Assembly: GCA_016748015.1 (NCBI GenBank)
Contig: JAAOMT010000762.1
Coordinates: forward strand, 372,001-436,000
Source: Geosiphon pyriformis uo1
Taxonomy: Eukaryota; Fungi; Glomeromycota
Length of the DNA: 64,000 nt
Reading direction: 5' to 3'
Shown here: positions 1 to 12,293 of the stretch, one piece after another
Layout: each line of letters begins with the position of its first letter
Numbering within the stretch: position 1 is the first letter of the stretch
Program-made: the position numbers and the translations under genes
Notes under the pieces: generated by a model
Told to the model about the DNA's origin: nothing
Seen by the model: only the letters and a program-made list of their open reading frames with translations
Database searches by the model: none

Positions 1-1708
1 GATTAAATTTAACCATTAAAATACCATACACAAAAAGTTTTATTCATATTAATTATATTATAAAGAGTACTATTTATAACATTATTAGCACATTTAAAAT
101 TCCAATTAACAAAACTAATAACTTCAAAAAGATATCTAACAAAATAACAAACATTCTTAAAAACAAGTCTGTTTTCAACAGCTAAAAAGTAATATAACAT
201 ATTAATAAGCAATATAAGATCAAACATAATAGTAGTATTAACAAAAAAATCAGCATACTTATTGCCAACAATTCCAAAATAACTTTTGACTTTTTTTTAA
301 TTAATTAACAGATTCTTTAATACAATAATCTGGCAAATATGTTTTTTTTTCTATCTAGCATTTATTGCAAAAATTAGAACTAACATTTTTTCAATTAAAG
401 TATTCATATTTAATAATGTTTAACTATCTGTAAACAAAACAACTGAGCTGAATATTAAAACACATATCAGAGCAAAAGTAATAGCATGCAGTTCTGTTAG
501 AGTTAAAGAAAGCAAATCATACACTTTAATCTCTACATTTTTATTAATATCTGGAAAGTAGGCAGTAATATTACTGCAAACATATATAGATCCCAAGTTC
601 TTAACTAAACTATTCATATAAACCACTATATTATTAGACTTTTTTTTAAAAGATCCTTATCAACAAAATTAAAATTGCTTAAGCCACAACCAAAAATAAA
701 ATAAAAAGCTGAAGTACAACTGCCAATCAAACTGCTATTCTTAATAAACTTAACTAGCAAATTAAACTAACTAGAAACCAGATCTTTTGGATTTAGTCTC
801 TTTTATTTGTAAAATTACTTTACATAAAACATGTGTTGTAACAATTTAAAAGTTGGTTTGCAAAAATAATACCAAATTTTTTTAGTGAATTTATTACACT
901 CAGATACTATTTCAATCTCAAAACATTTGCAACTGTGACACTACTACCAATTCAAAAAACATTTAGCAGGTCATTGTCCAAGAATAACTTATATGTTGTC
1001 AAAATATTGGTTACACTAGCCAGAAAACAGTTCATAAAATTAATTGACAATATAGTTAAAAAACAAAATAGTTGCTAACAGCTTGCAAATTTATGGCTCT
1101 GTGTTCAAACAATCTGTCAAGAATGTCTTTTAAGTTGGCAAAGACTACCAAATTAGCCAAAAAGTTTTTGGCTTGCATCTGTTTGAATGTCTTAAGACCA
1201 TATAATTTAGAATAAGAAATAACTTCATTGAAAAAGTTTTTAGACAAATTAGTCTTAAGCTTTAGTTTCTTCTTTAATATTTTGTCCTACTTTTTACATA
1301 TATTTATTGAAATATAACTAAACTGCAATTTGTAATAAACTATTGGCTATAGAACAGCAAACATTAAGTACAGAAATTGTTTGTCAAACATGATTTTTTT
1401 CAAAACCAAATTCATAAAAAACTTAACATCTGAATAAGTCTTGACAAGACTTGGTTTGAAAAACCATTTGTAAACAGAAAAATGCTTAAGTATTTATGAA
1501 ATTCATTTTTCTTAGCTATAAAAATATTTGATCTACTTATCAACAAACTAGAAACTCTTACTTTTTAATTGATAGGTATAGCAACTGTTTTATTTATATT
1601 AATTAAAATGTTATTAATTTGAAAAAATTCACTAGCTATGTCTAAAATATGCTAAGTAGCAGACATGTTGTTCCAAATCCAAATTGTGTCATTCACAAAA
1701 GTTTCTGT
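1..1708 (-). mobile_element. LINE-a, 3' part of ORF2 (RT C-terminal half and RNase H), degenerate
   Basis: Minus strand ~1680-1705 reads ETFVNDTIW (RT FVDD motif). ORF 420-626 VYMNSLVKNLG...TELHAITFAL...VLFTDS is a decayed RNase H (VYTDGS...AELxAI...TDS). ORF 1056-1247 is the post-RT segment. Cut by an LTR at 1709. Confidence 0.85.
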
Positions 1709-2506
1709 TATTACAAGTGATTATTTAGAGTGTTAAAACAAATAACAAACTCATAATTTGATGTTCAATAACTGGAAATATTGGTTATTTTTAAAGATTT
1801 TAGAGTCTAAAGGTTTTAGTTAAGCCTTTTGTATAATAGACAAAGATTCAATTGATGGTTTTATTCTATGAATTTTTTTTAGTATAATAGTTGGTTTATT
1901 CTAACAGTCATATTCTTTTAATAAGCTATCCATAAATTTTTACTTTTGTTTCTGGGTCTTTTATCAAACTATTTTTGATATCAATTACTTAGCACTTAAT
2001 TACTTAATTAATTAGTAAACAACAAAAAAAATAAAATAAAAAAAATAAAAAGAAAATAAGAAAAAAAATAAAAAATTAATATTTCATCAATAGCTGTGAT
2101 TAAGAGTTATTGGTTCAGTGTGGTTAAGTATTAGATTTTATTAATATAAAATATCGATAGTATAGAATAGATTAATATTTTTTTAATTAAATAATAATAA
2201 TATGAATTTAGATAATAATAAATGTTTTATTAATATAAGTATAATTCCACTTTAAGTTATAAAAAACTATTTTTTGAAGGAAAAAGTATTGTTGTTCTAA
2301 ACTAAATTGTTTGTCTTTTTTGTTTTTAATATACTTGCTATATATACATAATTTGTGTTATATGAAATTTTTTGAAATCCTTCAATTTTTTTTAAAAAAA
2401 TCTTTTAATTCTTTGAAAAATATTTTGGAATTTTTCTTTTTATTATGCTTATTTCTAATTGGCTATTTTATCTATTTATTATAATTCCTAATTTTTATGA
2501 ATAATA
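1709..2506 (-). repeat. 3' LTR of A1
   Basis: Decayed TGTTA...TAACA ends (tattacaagtg at 1709; tatgaataata ending 2506). The reverse-complement PPT follows at 2507-2521. Homologous to 22377-23170 and 40337-41206. Confidence 0.88.
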
Positions 2507-5500
2507 TTATTTCTTTTTTTAATATTAAGCTTTGTCAAAATTTTTTAAATTTTTTAAATCTTCTAAATTTTTTTTTTAGATTAACTTCAGAACTTTTTTC
2601 TCAAAAATTGCTTTTGTAATTCTAGTTTGCAATTCTTTAAATTGAACATTAATTAATTTTTCCAGTTGATTAATAGTTATTGTACTTATTTCTAAATGTA
2701 ATAGTATTTCTGATCAGTTTTAAAATTCTATTTATAGTTAGTAAATGGTTTTTGCATATGTGAGTAAATTGTTTTTTCTTATAACTTGTTTAATTTGTTA
2801 TACTATAATTTGATTAAACATTTTTTTGGTCTTATTTGTATATAAATTCTGAATGTTTATTTTTTGTTTTAACTAATAATAGCAGAAGTTTTTAAGAATT
2901 TGTTGTATTTATTAGTTCCAATTTTTTAAGACGAATTCTTTATCTGGTATTAATATTCTTGGAGTTTTCAATGTCTTTTTCACTTTTTTTATTATTTTGT
3001 TTACTGGATTTCCAAAAGTATAATATTTGGAGTATTGTTTTTTATTTTGAAATCTTTGAGTTACTCTCTTATTTTTATATTATATTGTTTGTTTATTTGT
3101 TAATTATAACTTTGAGACTAAATTTCTAATATTGGATAAGTTATAAAAGTTGTTGTATAAGTAAGTAAATGTTGTTTATAATTTCTATTTTTATTATTGT
3201 TTTCATCATATGTATTGGTCTTTTATATACTGTTTTGATTAATTAATTTAACATATTTATTTTAATAATTATAATTGGTTCCAGATTTCATGGAATTTTA
3301 TCTGGTTTGATTAATATTTGTTGTATTCTCAATTGTAAAATATTATTGATAAATAATAATACTATATTGTAATATGCTTTTAGTTAATTATTATGTGCTG
3401 CTTTGTTTAAGATTTTATTGTCCTATCTTAACTTATATGTTCTATTTTTCAGAATTTTTTTAATATAAAATAAACTATCTTATTTAAAATCAAATTTTCT
3501 ACTCTATTGTTTTTCTGTTTTGGTATGATATAAGAGTACTTTGTTTTTTATCTCGAATTTAACTGGTTTATTTAATAATTGGTTGTTATATTATTTTTTT
3601 TGTTTTGCTTGTAACTTTTGTATACTATCAATTGCTTTTCACCTTTTATTCTCTAAAGTTTTTATTAAGTCATATGTTCTTTTTAACAATGTTTCTTGGA
3701 AGTTGGTTTCTGTTATTAGTTCAGTTAAATATGTATTAATATTTATCTTAACTGGTATTGTAGTTGTTCTATTATAAACTAATTCAAATAGTATTACTTG
3801 TGTAGTATCTTGTTTTATTGTCTGATAAGCAAATAATACTAATAATATAAACAAATTTTATTTGTTCTGGTTTTTTTGGCTAATCTGGGCTATTGCTTTA
3901 TACAATATTTTGTTAAAATTTTTAACTAAGCCATTGGTTTGTGAATGATATAATAATAATAATAGTTTCTTAATTCCAAATTTTTGACTTAATTTTGTTA
4001 ATGTTCTGTTTACAAAGTGAGTTTTTTGGTCTGATAACAATTTTTTTGAACATTTGTGTTAACAAATCAAATTTTGGTTTACAAATTTGGCTATAAATTT
4101 TGCATCTGCTTTTTAAATTGTTTTTGTTTTTGGCCATTTTATGAGACAGTTCATAGTTATTATTATGTATCAATTGTTTCTACTGATTATTGTCAATAAT
4201 CTAACTAAGTCAATTTCAATTTAATTAAATGGCTGTTTCACTTTGATTGGTCTTAGTAGTTTACTAAATTTTATTCTTTTTTTTTTCTGACAAGTATCAC
4301 AACTTTGAACATATTGAATAATATCTGAATATATTAATGACCAATAGCATTTTTTTTTTGGTCTTTTTTATAATTGCTTCTTTATGAAAATGTTTTGTAG
4401 TTGGATTTGAATACATATTAAACAATATTGTTTTTTTTTCTGGTTCTGTAATTATTTTAAATGATTAATCTGAATATTTTCTGTTTTTTCAATATAGTAT
4501 ATTTTAGTAAGTAATAAAATATTTTAATTGTTGTTTTATGTGGTTTTGTTTTTTTTGAAATAATTTTTTCTTGAATTATTAAGTATTAATATAATATTAG
4601 AGTTGTTGGTATTTTTGTGTATTTATTTTTTGTTATATTTTTGGGTTAAAATAGTTTTAAATTTGTTTTATTTATAACAATCTGTTAGCATTTCTGTTTT
4701 TTTTCTCTTTTTATAGTGTATTGTATAATTAAATAATAAGAGTTCTATTTTCTATTTGGCATGGCAATTATTTTCAAATTTTTGTTTCTAAATTGATGTT
4801 AATCTTTTGTAATTAATGTATACCTTAAACTTCTAACTTAAGTATTCTTTTTATTTTATAACAACCTAATAGATAGCTAAGTATTTTAATGCTGATGTGT
4901 AATAGTTTTTTTTGGCTGAACTCAAACTTTGGTTAATATATACTATTAAATATTCTTGTCAATTTGCTTTTTTTTGTAACAATACAGTTTTCAATGCTTA
5001 ATTAGATGTATTAGTAGTGATAATAAATGGCTTGCTATAATCTAAATAGATTAATACTGGAGCTTGAATAAGCTTTCTTCTTAAGATGTTAAAAGCTTTT
5101 TGTTAAGTTTTAGTCCATTTGTATTTAATATTCTTTGCTTAAAATTAGTAAAGTTATTAAGCCAGTTTGGAAAAATTTTGGATAAAACAGCAATAATATT
5201 TAGCAAATTCCAAAAATGCTCTTAGTTCTGTTAAATTTATTGGTACTAAAAAGTTCTTAACTATTTTAATTTTGTCTGAATTTTTTTTAATACTGTTTTT
5301 GCTTATAACATGTCCTAAAAACTTAAGTTCAGTTTTCCCAAAAAAATACTTAGTAGCATTCAACTTTAGCTCTGCTTTTTTTAGTCTTTCAAACACTTGT
5401 TGAAAATAATATAAGTAATCATCAAATGTTTTAAAGAATATGTTAGTATTATCTAAATAAACTACTACCAATTTCTATAATAGTCTGGTGTAAACAATTT

Positions 5501-6855
5501 TCATTAGCCATTAAAAAATGGCTGGAATATTGATTAAGCCAAAAGACATAATATTAAATTCAAAGTTTTTTTCTCTGATAGTAAATGCTGTTTTTTTTTG
5601 TCAGTTAAATTTATGACTATTTGTCAGTAATTACTATTTAAGTCCAATATAGAGAACCATTTTTTTTCAAAAATATCAAATAGTTCTTGAATCCATAAAA
5701 TTAGATAGTTGTCTCTACAAGTAATATTGTTAAGTTTTTTATAATCTATACAAAAGTGGATTTTTTCATTTTTCTTCTAAATGAATACTATTGGTAATAA
5801 TTATAAACTTATTAATAGTTGAATTAACTCATTGTTTAACATTTAGTTGATTTTTTGACAAATAATTTTATGATTGACAAGTGGTACTTAGTATGTTCTT
5901 TGTTTTATTGGCATTGTATTTTCAGTTTTGATTTGATGCTAAATAATATCAGTTCTGTCAAATTCGTTTTTACTTGCAAAAATATCAATAAAATTGTTAA
6001 GTAACAGCTTGAATTGCATACATTAAAGTAAGTTTAAGTTTTTTAAGTTTATTTGCTTCAACTGTTTTGGTTGTAGCAAATAACATTTTTTTTGTCTGTA
6101 AATTGTTTGTAATATAATGTCTACATATCTACAAAGTTGTAGAAAATCTGGAATAGTAGTTGGTGTTTAATTTTCAATTTTAGTGCTTAAATATCTAATA
6201 ATAATTCTGTTTGGTATTTTAATTGGATCTTTAGTTGTGTTGTGTATTAAGATTTTGATGTATTTATAGTTTTTGGCTAATATATAAAGATTGGTAATAA
6301 CAATCTCTCCTAATTTACAAATAATAAGTTTTATTTCAAAAATCTGAAGTTAATTCTTTACTTTCTTCTCTATGACTAATATATGCTGATCATATAGTAA
6401 AATAAAAATTAATTGATTAGTAAAGATAACTTTTTTCTAATCAATTGTTTTTTTTTCATTATATTAACAGGTACTTCTATTTTATTCATAAATTTAAATC
6501 CATTTATCTCTCTTACTGTAGTCTCTAACTCTTTTCTTATTTTTACTAACACTAATTAAGCTATTTTTATTAGAAGTAGAAATATTATCTGTGCTTTTTT
6601 TTATTTGGTTTAATAGTATATGTTTTTTTAATTTGTTTTATAGTATTGCAATAATATTTTTTACATATTTTGTGTTAATAATTCTTTTTTTGATATTAAT
6701 TCCCTTTTTTGCTAAGCTAGATTTAAATACTATTTGGATCATTATTGTTATTAGAATTTTTAATATTATTTTTAAATCAATGCTAATATGCAAATAAGAT
6801 TCTAATTTGATGGCAGTTTTTTCTAAGTATTTGAAATCAAATTTTGTATTAGTAT
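1709..6855 (-). mobile_element. Ty3/Gypsy family A copy A1 (3' LTR, ORF3, integrase, RNase H, RT, dUTPase); 5' half missing
   Basis: Reverse complement is colinear with A4 from ~58980 onward. Integrase fragments at 3639-4173; RT fragment VVVYLDNTNIF at 5157-5471. Interrupted at the dUTPase start by family B at 6856. Confidence 0.92.
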
Positions 6856-7556
6856 TATTACAGGTTAGAATAACAAGCTAACAGATAGCAAAGAAGAACA
6901 GAATTGTAAAGTGATAAAAGAAATCAAAGGAAATTCAACTTCAAAAAACAAATTGAATAAGTATGGATTCAATGTGTAAAATCAGTCTTATAAATATCTC
7001 AGTCACTATACTTTTCAAAAGATAACTGAAGAATCTGAAGATAGAGAAATAGTTTATATTGTTAACAAATGATTACACACTGATATAATTCTATGCCTTA
7101 TGTTAGTGCTTTTAGAATTCAATATTAGATATCAGATATACTTTTCAGTTACATTTTATTCAATAATTTTTAAATACTACAATTATACAAGTTAGGAAAA
7201 GTGTAGGTAAATGCCAACAAGTAATTTTTTATCTCAAGATGTTCAGATACTTGAAGGTAAAAAAAGAGAATTTAGTGATAAGAAAAGAATTGAGATAAAG
7301 TTGTTATTTTATTTTATTTCTTTCTTTGATTCTTATATGTTCTTCTACAGCTAAGAGATTCATTGCTTATACAGCTATTAAAAGTGGTCAATAATTAGAT
7401 CAACGACTAAATCAATGATTAGGTTAATGATTAGATCAATGGTTAGGTTATTGATCAGGTCAATAATTACTATCTAAAAATAGAGTGGCTAATTATATAA
7501 CATTAGTAGCTAATACATGTGATAATTAATAAGAAGTATAGGTTTCAACTGTAACA
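6856..7556 (-). repeat. 3' LTR of B1 with a 12-bp tandem array
   Basis: Ends are tattacagg (from tgttacag) and ctgtaaca. Reverse-complement PPT at 7557-7573. Homologous to 48545-49281. Decayed tcaatgatcagg units at ~7387-7470. Confidence 0.9.
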
Positions 7557-10500
7557 TCATTTTTTCCAAAGAGATTGAGCTCCAGTGAAATCAAGCTATT
7601 TATAGTGTAATCTATTTAAAAAATTTTATCTAATTTAAAGCTAACTAGTTTGTTGAAGTCTTTTATAAATAGAATATATAATACTTGAGATAAAATGAGT
7701 TTTGTATCCAAGAAACTAAATCTTTGTATTAGAGTTTTGGCTCTTTTAGCAATAGTTAAAACTTTTGGAACATCTAATCATATAATGTCCAAAATTTTTG
7801 TCTGTATCTTTGAAGTTGTTTTCTTTATGAGTTTCATATTTTTTATAATTTTTCCAAGGCAACCATAGAGTTCTAATTGTCTTTCATATGACAAATTTTT
7901 GTCTATGGGCAAGATTTTTTGGATTGTTTTTCTAATTGTGCTAGAAGGTAAGAGTATAGCTGCTGTTATACTTTCTAACAGATATTTATCTATTTTGCTA
8001 CCAATTTTTTTTCTTCTGGTAGTGGTTTTCTTTGGTTTAATAACAGTATGTGTTTTACTGTTATCAGTTATAGTGGTTTGTTTTCCAATGGTTAAAGTAG
8101 TATTTAGATAGTTTTTTGATCCAATATTTATGGAAAGTATAAAAAACATTTTGAATGTTTTGATCCAAAAAATAATTGTTCATGTCAATTGAAGATACCT
8201 CTGTTTTGGGAATGGTGTATTTATTTATACTTGATTTTTGCTGATCATTTGGGTTGGTATTATTATAACAGACAACCAATCAGATTGTTTATAATATTTT
8301 TTGAATCGTGTACCATGAACAGAATGATTATTGAAGATTGTTCTAGATTGATTTTAAAGAATATAAAAACCATTGTTCAAAACTTTGTTGACTATAAAAG
8401 GTTTTTTTCACTGGTTAGAGAATTTATTACCATAAATATTGTCTCTGTCTGAATGGTATTCTAATATCAAATTACCAACACTTAAAAAAAGTGTTTTATA
8501 GGTTTTTTTTTCTTAAGCTTTTCTTGGAACTGTTTTATTATTTCAAAAGCAATTATTCATGCTTCTATTCAGGAGTCAAAAATGATATTAAGTCTTCTTT
8601 GCAAAATGTCTTTGTAATTTTTTATTGTGATTTTTTCAAAAAATATTGTCTCAATATTAGTTTCTATTGGTAGTGTTGCTATGCATCTATAGAGCAAATA
8701 AAAAAATTCATAACTTGTTATGTCATGATTTACAGTTTTATAAACAAACAAAGTTGAAGACAGTACTTTGTCTTATAAGTTTGTTTCTTTCCTGGTTTTA
8801 GCTAAAATTTCACATAATATTCTATTAAAACATTCCATTAAGCCATTTGTTTAAGGGTGGTAAGGAAAAAAAAATTTATAATGTATTTCCATTTTTCTAC
8901 AAAGTTTTTTAACCAGTGTACTGAGAAAGCTTTTTCTCTATCAAATAAAAGTTCTTTGGGGCAATTATGATAGCAGATAATATCTTTATAAATAAAATTG
9001 GCTATTGAGACTGCTGTTTGGTCTGAAGTGGTTCTTGCTTTTACCTATTTTGTAAGATAGTCAGTAGTTGTGATAATATATTTGTTGCTATCAGGAGTTA
9101 TTGTTAAAGATTCAATAACATCTATATCAATTCTGTCAAATAGTTGACCAACAGAGATTGGATGGATATTTTCTTTGCAATTGGGTTTGCTTCTTCTTTG
9201 GCAGATGTCACAGGTTTTGATGTATTCAGCAATATTCTTTCCCAAGATAAGCCAATAATAACAAGCTAAAGTTTTCTAAATTGTCTTTGTTTTTTCAAAG
9301 TGTTTAATTAATGAGTTAGTGTGTATGTTATATATTACAATTTCTCTTTCTTCAAATCTGATAACTCTCTAAGGACAGTCAGAATCTTTTCTGTTTCTTT
9401 TATATAATTGGTTCTGGCAGATTAAATAGAAATTTGATTGTTTGTGCAAATGTTTTCTTTGTTGTCAAATGTATTCTGGTGGGTATTGTTCTTTACTCAA
9501 AAATTTTATTAAGACAGAGTAGTTGTTCAAGTCCATTATTGTTTTTGTTTATGAGAGTATTACTAATAATTAAGTTGGTTTAGTTGAGAGATTGTACTAT
9601 CACTGAATGGTAAGTCTAAAGAGAGCATCAGTGTTTTAATAATTTGCTCTTTTGTAGTGTTGAATATTATAGTCAAATTCATCCAAGTGGAGTATCCAGC
9701 AAGTTATTTATTTGTGTTCTAGCTTCTTTTTATTGTACAGCCAAACCAAGACTTGATGATCTGTTACTACTAGAAATTTTATACCAAGAAGATATTGATT
9801 CCAGTAACTAGTAGCCCAAACTATTGCCAAACATTTTTGTTCAGTAATTGAATAGTTCTGTTCTGCTGGTGTAAGAAATCTACTGATATATGGTATAGCA
9901 TGTTTTCTGCCATTTTCATCTTTTTGTAAAAGAACAGCACCAAATCCATAGTCAGATGTATCAGTGTAAAGGATAAAAGGTTGGTCCAAATCAAGTTGCT
10001 TAAGGATTGGTTCAATAACAAGTTTTTCCTTTAGAATTTCAAAAGCTTTTTGTTAATAAGTGCTTTAGTAGTAATTGACATTTTTCCTGAGTAGTTGATT
10101 AAAAGAAAAGGCGATTTTGGAGAAATCCTTGATAAATTTATGATAGTAAAAAGCCAAACCAAGGAAAGAGCATAGTTCAGAAACATTTATTGGTTGTTTA
10201 ATGTTCTGAACTTTTTCAACCTTAGCTGAATCAGAGAAGATTCCATCTTTTGTAATAAGATGACCAAGAAACTGAGTGAATTGACATTCAAAGAAAGATT
10301 TAATTGGGTTGATCTTAAGGCCAGCATTTTTAAGCAGGTCAAAAATCTTTTGCAAATGTTTAAGGTGTTCATCTCAGATTTTTGAGTAGACCATTATATT
10401 GTCTAAGTAAACCAGAACAAAGTTTTCTTTTACTAATTCAAATATTTTGTTTATTAGGCATTAAAAAGTGGGAAGGGCATTGATAAGACCAAAAAGCATA

Positions 10501-12286
10501 ACTGTGAATTCATAGGTACCATATTTAGTAATAAAAGCAGTTTTCTTTCTGCTTTCTGGATCTATTTTTACTTGCCAAAATTCAGCAGTTAAGTCAATGG
10601 TTGAGAAGAAAGCAGTATCATTGAATTTATTTAACATTGCATCAATTTTGAGGAGTGAGTATATGTTTCTTATACTGATCATATTTAATTGGCAGTAGTT
10701 AATACAGAAGCATAGAGTTCCACTTTTTTTGGATATCACTACAACTGAAAAAGCCTATTTACTTTTGGTTTTTTGTATGAATTCAAGATCTTTCATCTGG
10801 TTTATCTCTTTTTTAATGAACTCATTATTGTATTGATTGAATTGATAAGGCTTCAAATAGATGAGATGAGTTTCTTTGGTGGTGATGGTGTGTTGTATCA
10901 CATGGATTCATCAAAGAGTATTACTTTCTTTTGAGATAACTGGACTATTTCTAGCCAACAGATTTTCAATGTCTATTTTTTTTTTTTCAAGTGAAAGTTC
11001 TTTTTGTTCTATAACTAATAATTGGATTTCAGATGGTTTATTATTAAAAGACTTCTGTACTTTTTTTAGTTTTTCTCTGAGTATTAAATTAATTGACTTC
11101 TAATTTTTGTAATAGATCAGACAGAACTTGTATTTATTATTAGAGGAATACAAAAATTTATCACACCAGCATCTGGCACAAGGGCCATGTTACCAATAAC
11201 TGTATTTTGCTTTCTTGCCAAGTTTTTTATTAAAGGTTCTTCTAAAAATATTATAGTAGGGCCAGCAGATTAGCTTGTCATTTACCATGATTTTTTTTTT
11301 ATTAGCTTTAACATTGTCTAATGGCTTGCTATTGCTAATAAAGATAGTATAAGCAAGTTTAGCAGTTTTTTTTTATTCTTTTTGATCTTTTTTTTCATTA
11401 CTCTTGTCATCATCTGATTTATCTGATTGTTTTTCTTCTTGGTTCTGCTTGGATACTGGAGGGATTGTTCAATGATAGCACTTAATCACAATAGGCTTTT
11501 CATCACATTTGATGGTTAACTCACAATGTTCATAGTCAAGTAATGCTTTGGCTTTTTTGAGCTATTCATTGCCAACAATTATAGTGTACTTTTTTGCTTC
11601 AGATACTTCTATGTCAGTTTTAATGCTGATATTATTGATGCAAACAAAAACAGCTTTGGCTATGCCTAAACTTTTTTTTTTGTTATCATATATATTGGTC
11701 ATTAGTCTAGTTAAAGATTTATCAATCTTTCTGCCAATTGCTTCAAAGAAATATTTGGCTATAACACTAACAGATAATCTATTGTCTAAAATCAGAACAA
11801 TAAAGTAACTAGCTACTTGAGCTTTGCAGATTAAAGAAGTGACATTGCTGTTGTCAGTAAGTCCAGTTTGGCAAGAGCACTTGTTAGTTTTTAGAGTTTT
11901 TTTTTTTGGGATCAATGATTTGCAAAGATTTTTTTTAAACTGTGAATAGATCATTAACTGGCCAAAAGTGATATGTGCTGGGATTTCTATAAGATTTTTT
12001 ACAACAGAATAGGATTCAAGTTTTTGTACAATTTCTGGAAGTTTCAACTTTAGAAGATTCTTAAAAACTTTAGTCTTTGGTAACTTATTGTTATTAGCAA
12101 TGGAAGTTAAGGCTTTGTTAGGATCTAAAACAAAATCAATCTTGGCTTTTTTCTTCTTTTTTGTTGAATCAGAAGTGTTAATTGCCAGTTTATCTATATC
12201 ATGATCATTATCAGTTAGGTTAAAAGCATAAAAGGGGTTTTTTTCTAGTTGGCTTGCATTTTTACCCTTTGGAGATGTGCCTATCA

Positions 12287-12293
12287 GTTTAAA
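12287..12293 (-). promoter_or_regulatory. -1 ribosomal frameshift heptamer U UUA AAC at the family B gag/pol junction
   Basis: The gag frame ends CCT TTA AAC TGA. The -1 frame (FKLIGTSPKGKNASQLE...) runs on towards the protease. The same heptamer plus a stop is in B2 at 53988-53997. Confidence 0.75.

Noticed and set aside
7899-8452. Hydrophobic plus-strand ORFs repeated at 49619-50171, membrane-protein-like
   Set aside because: Antisense to A-rich ORF3 and integrase; T-rich codons give hydrophobic residues, and recurrence reflects the two B copies.
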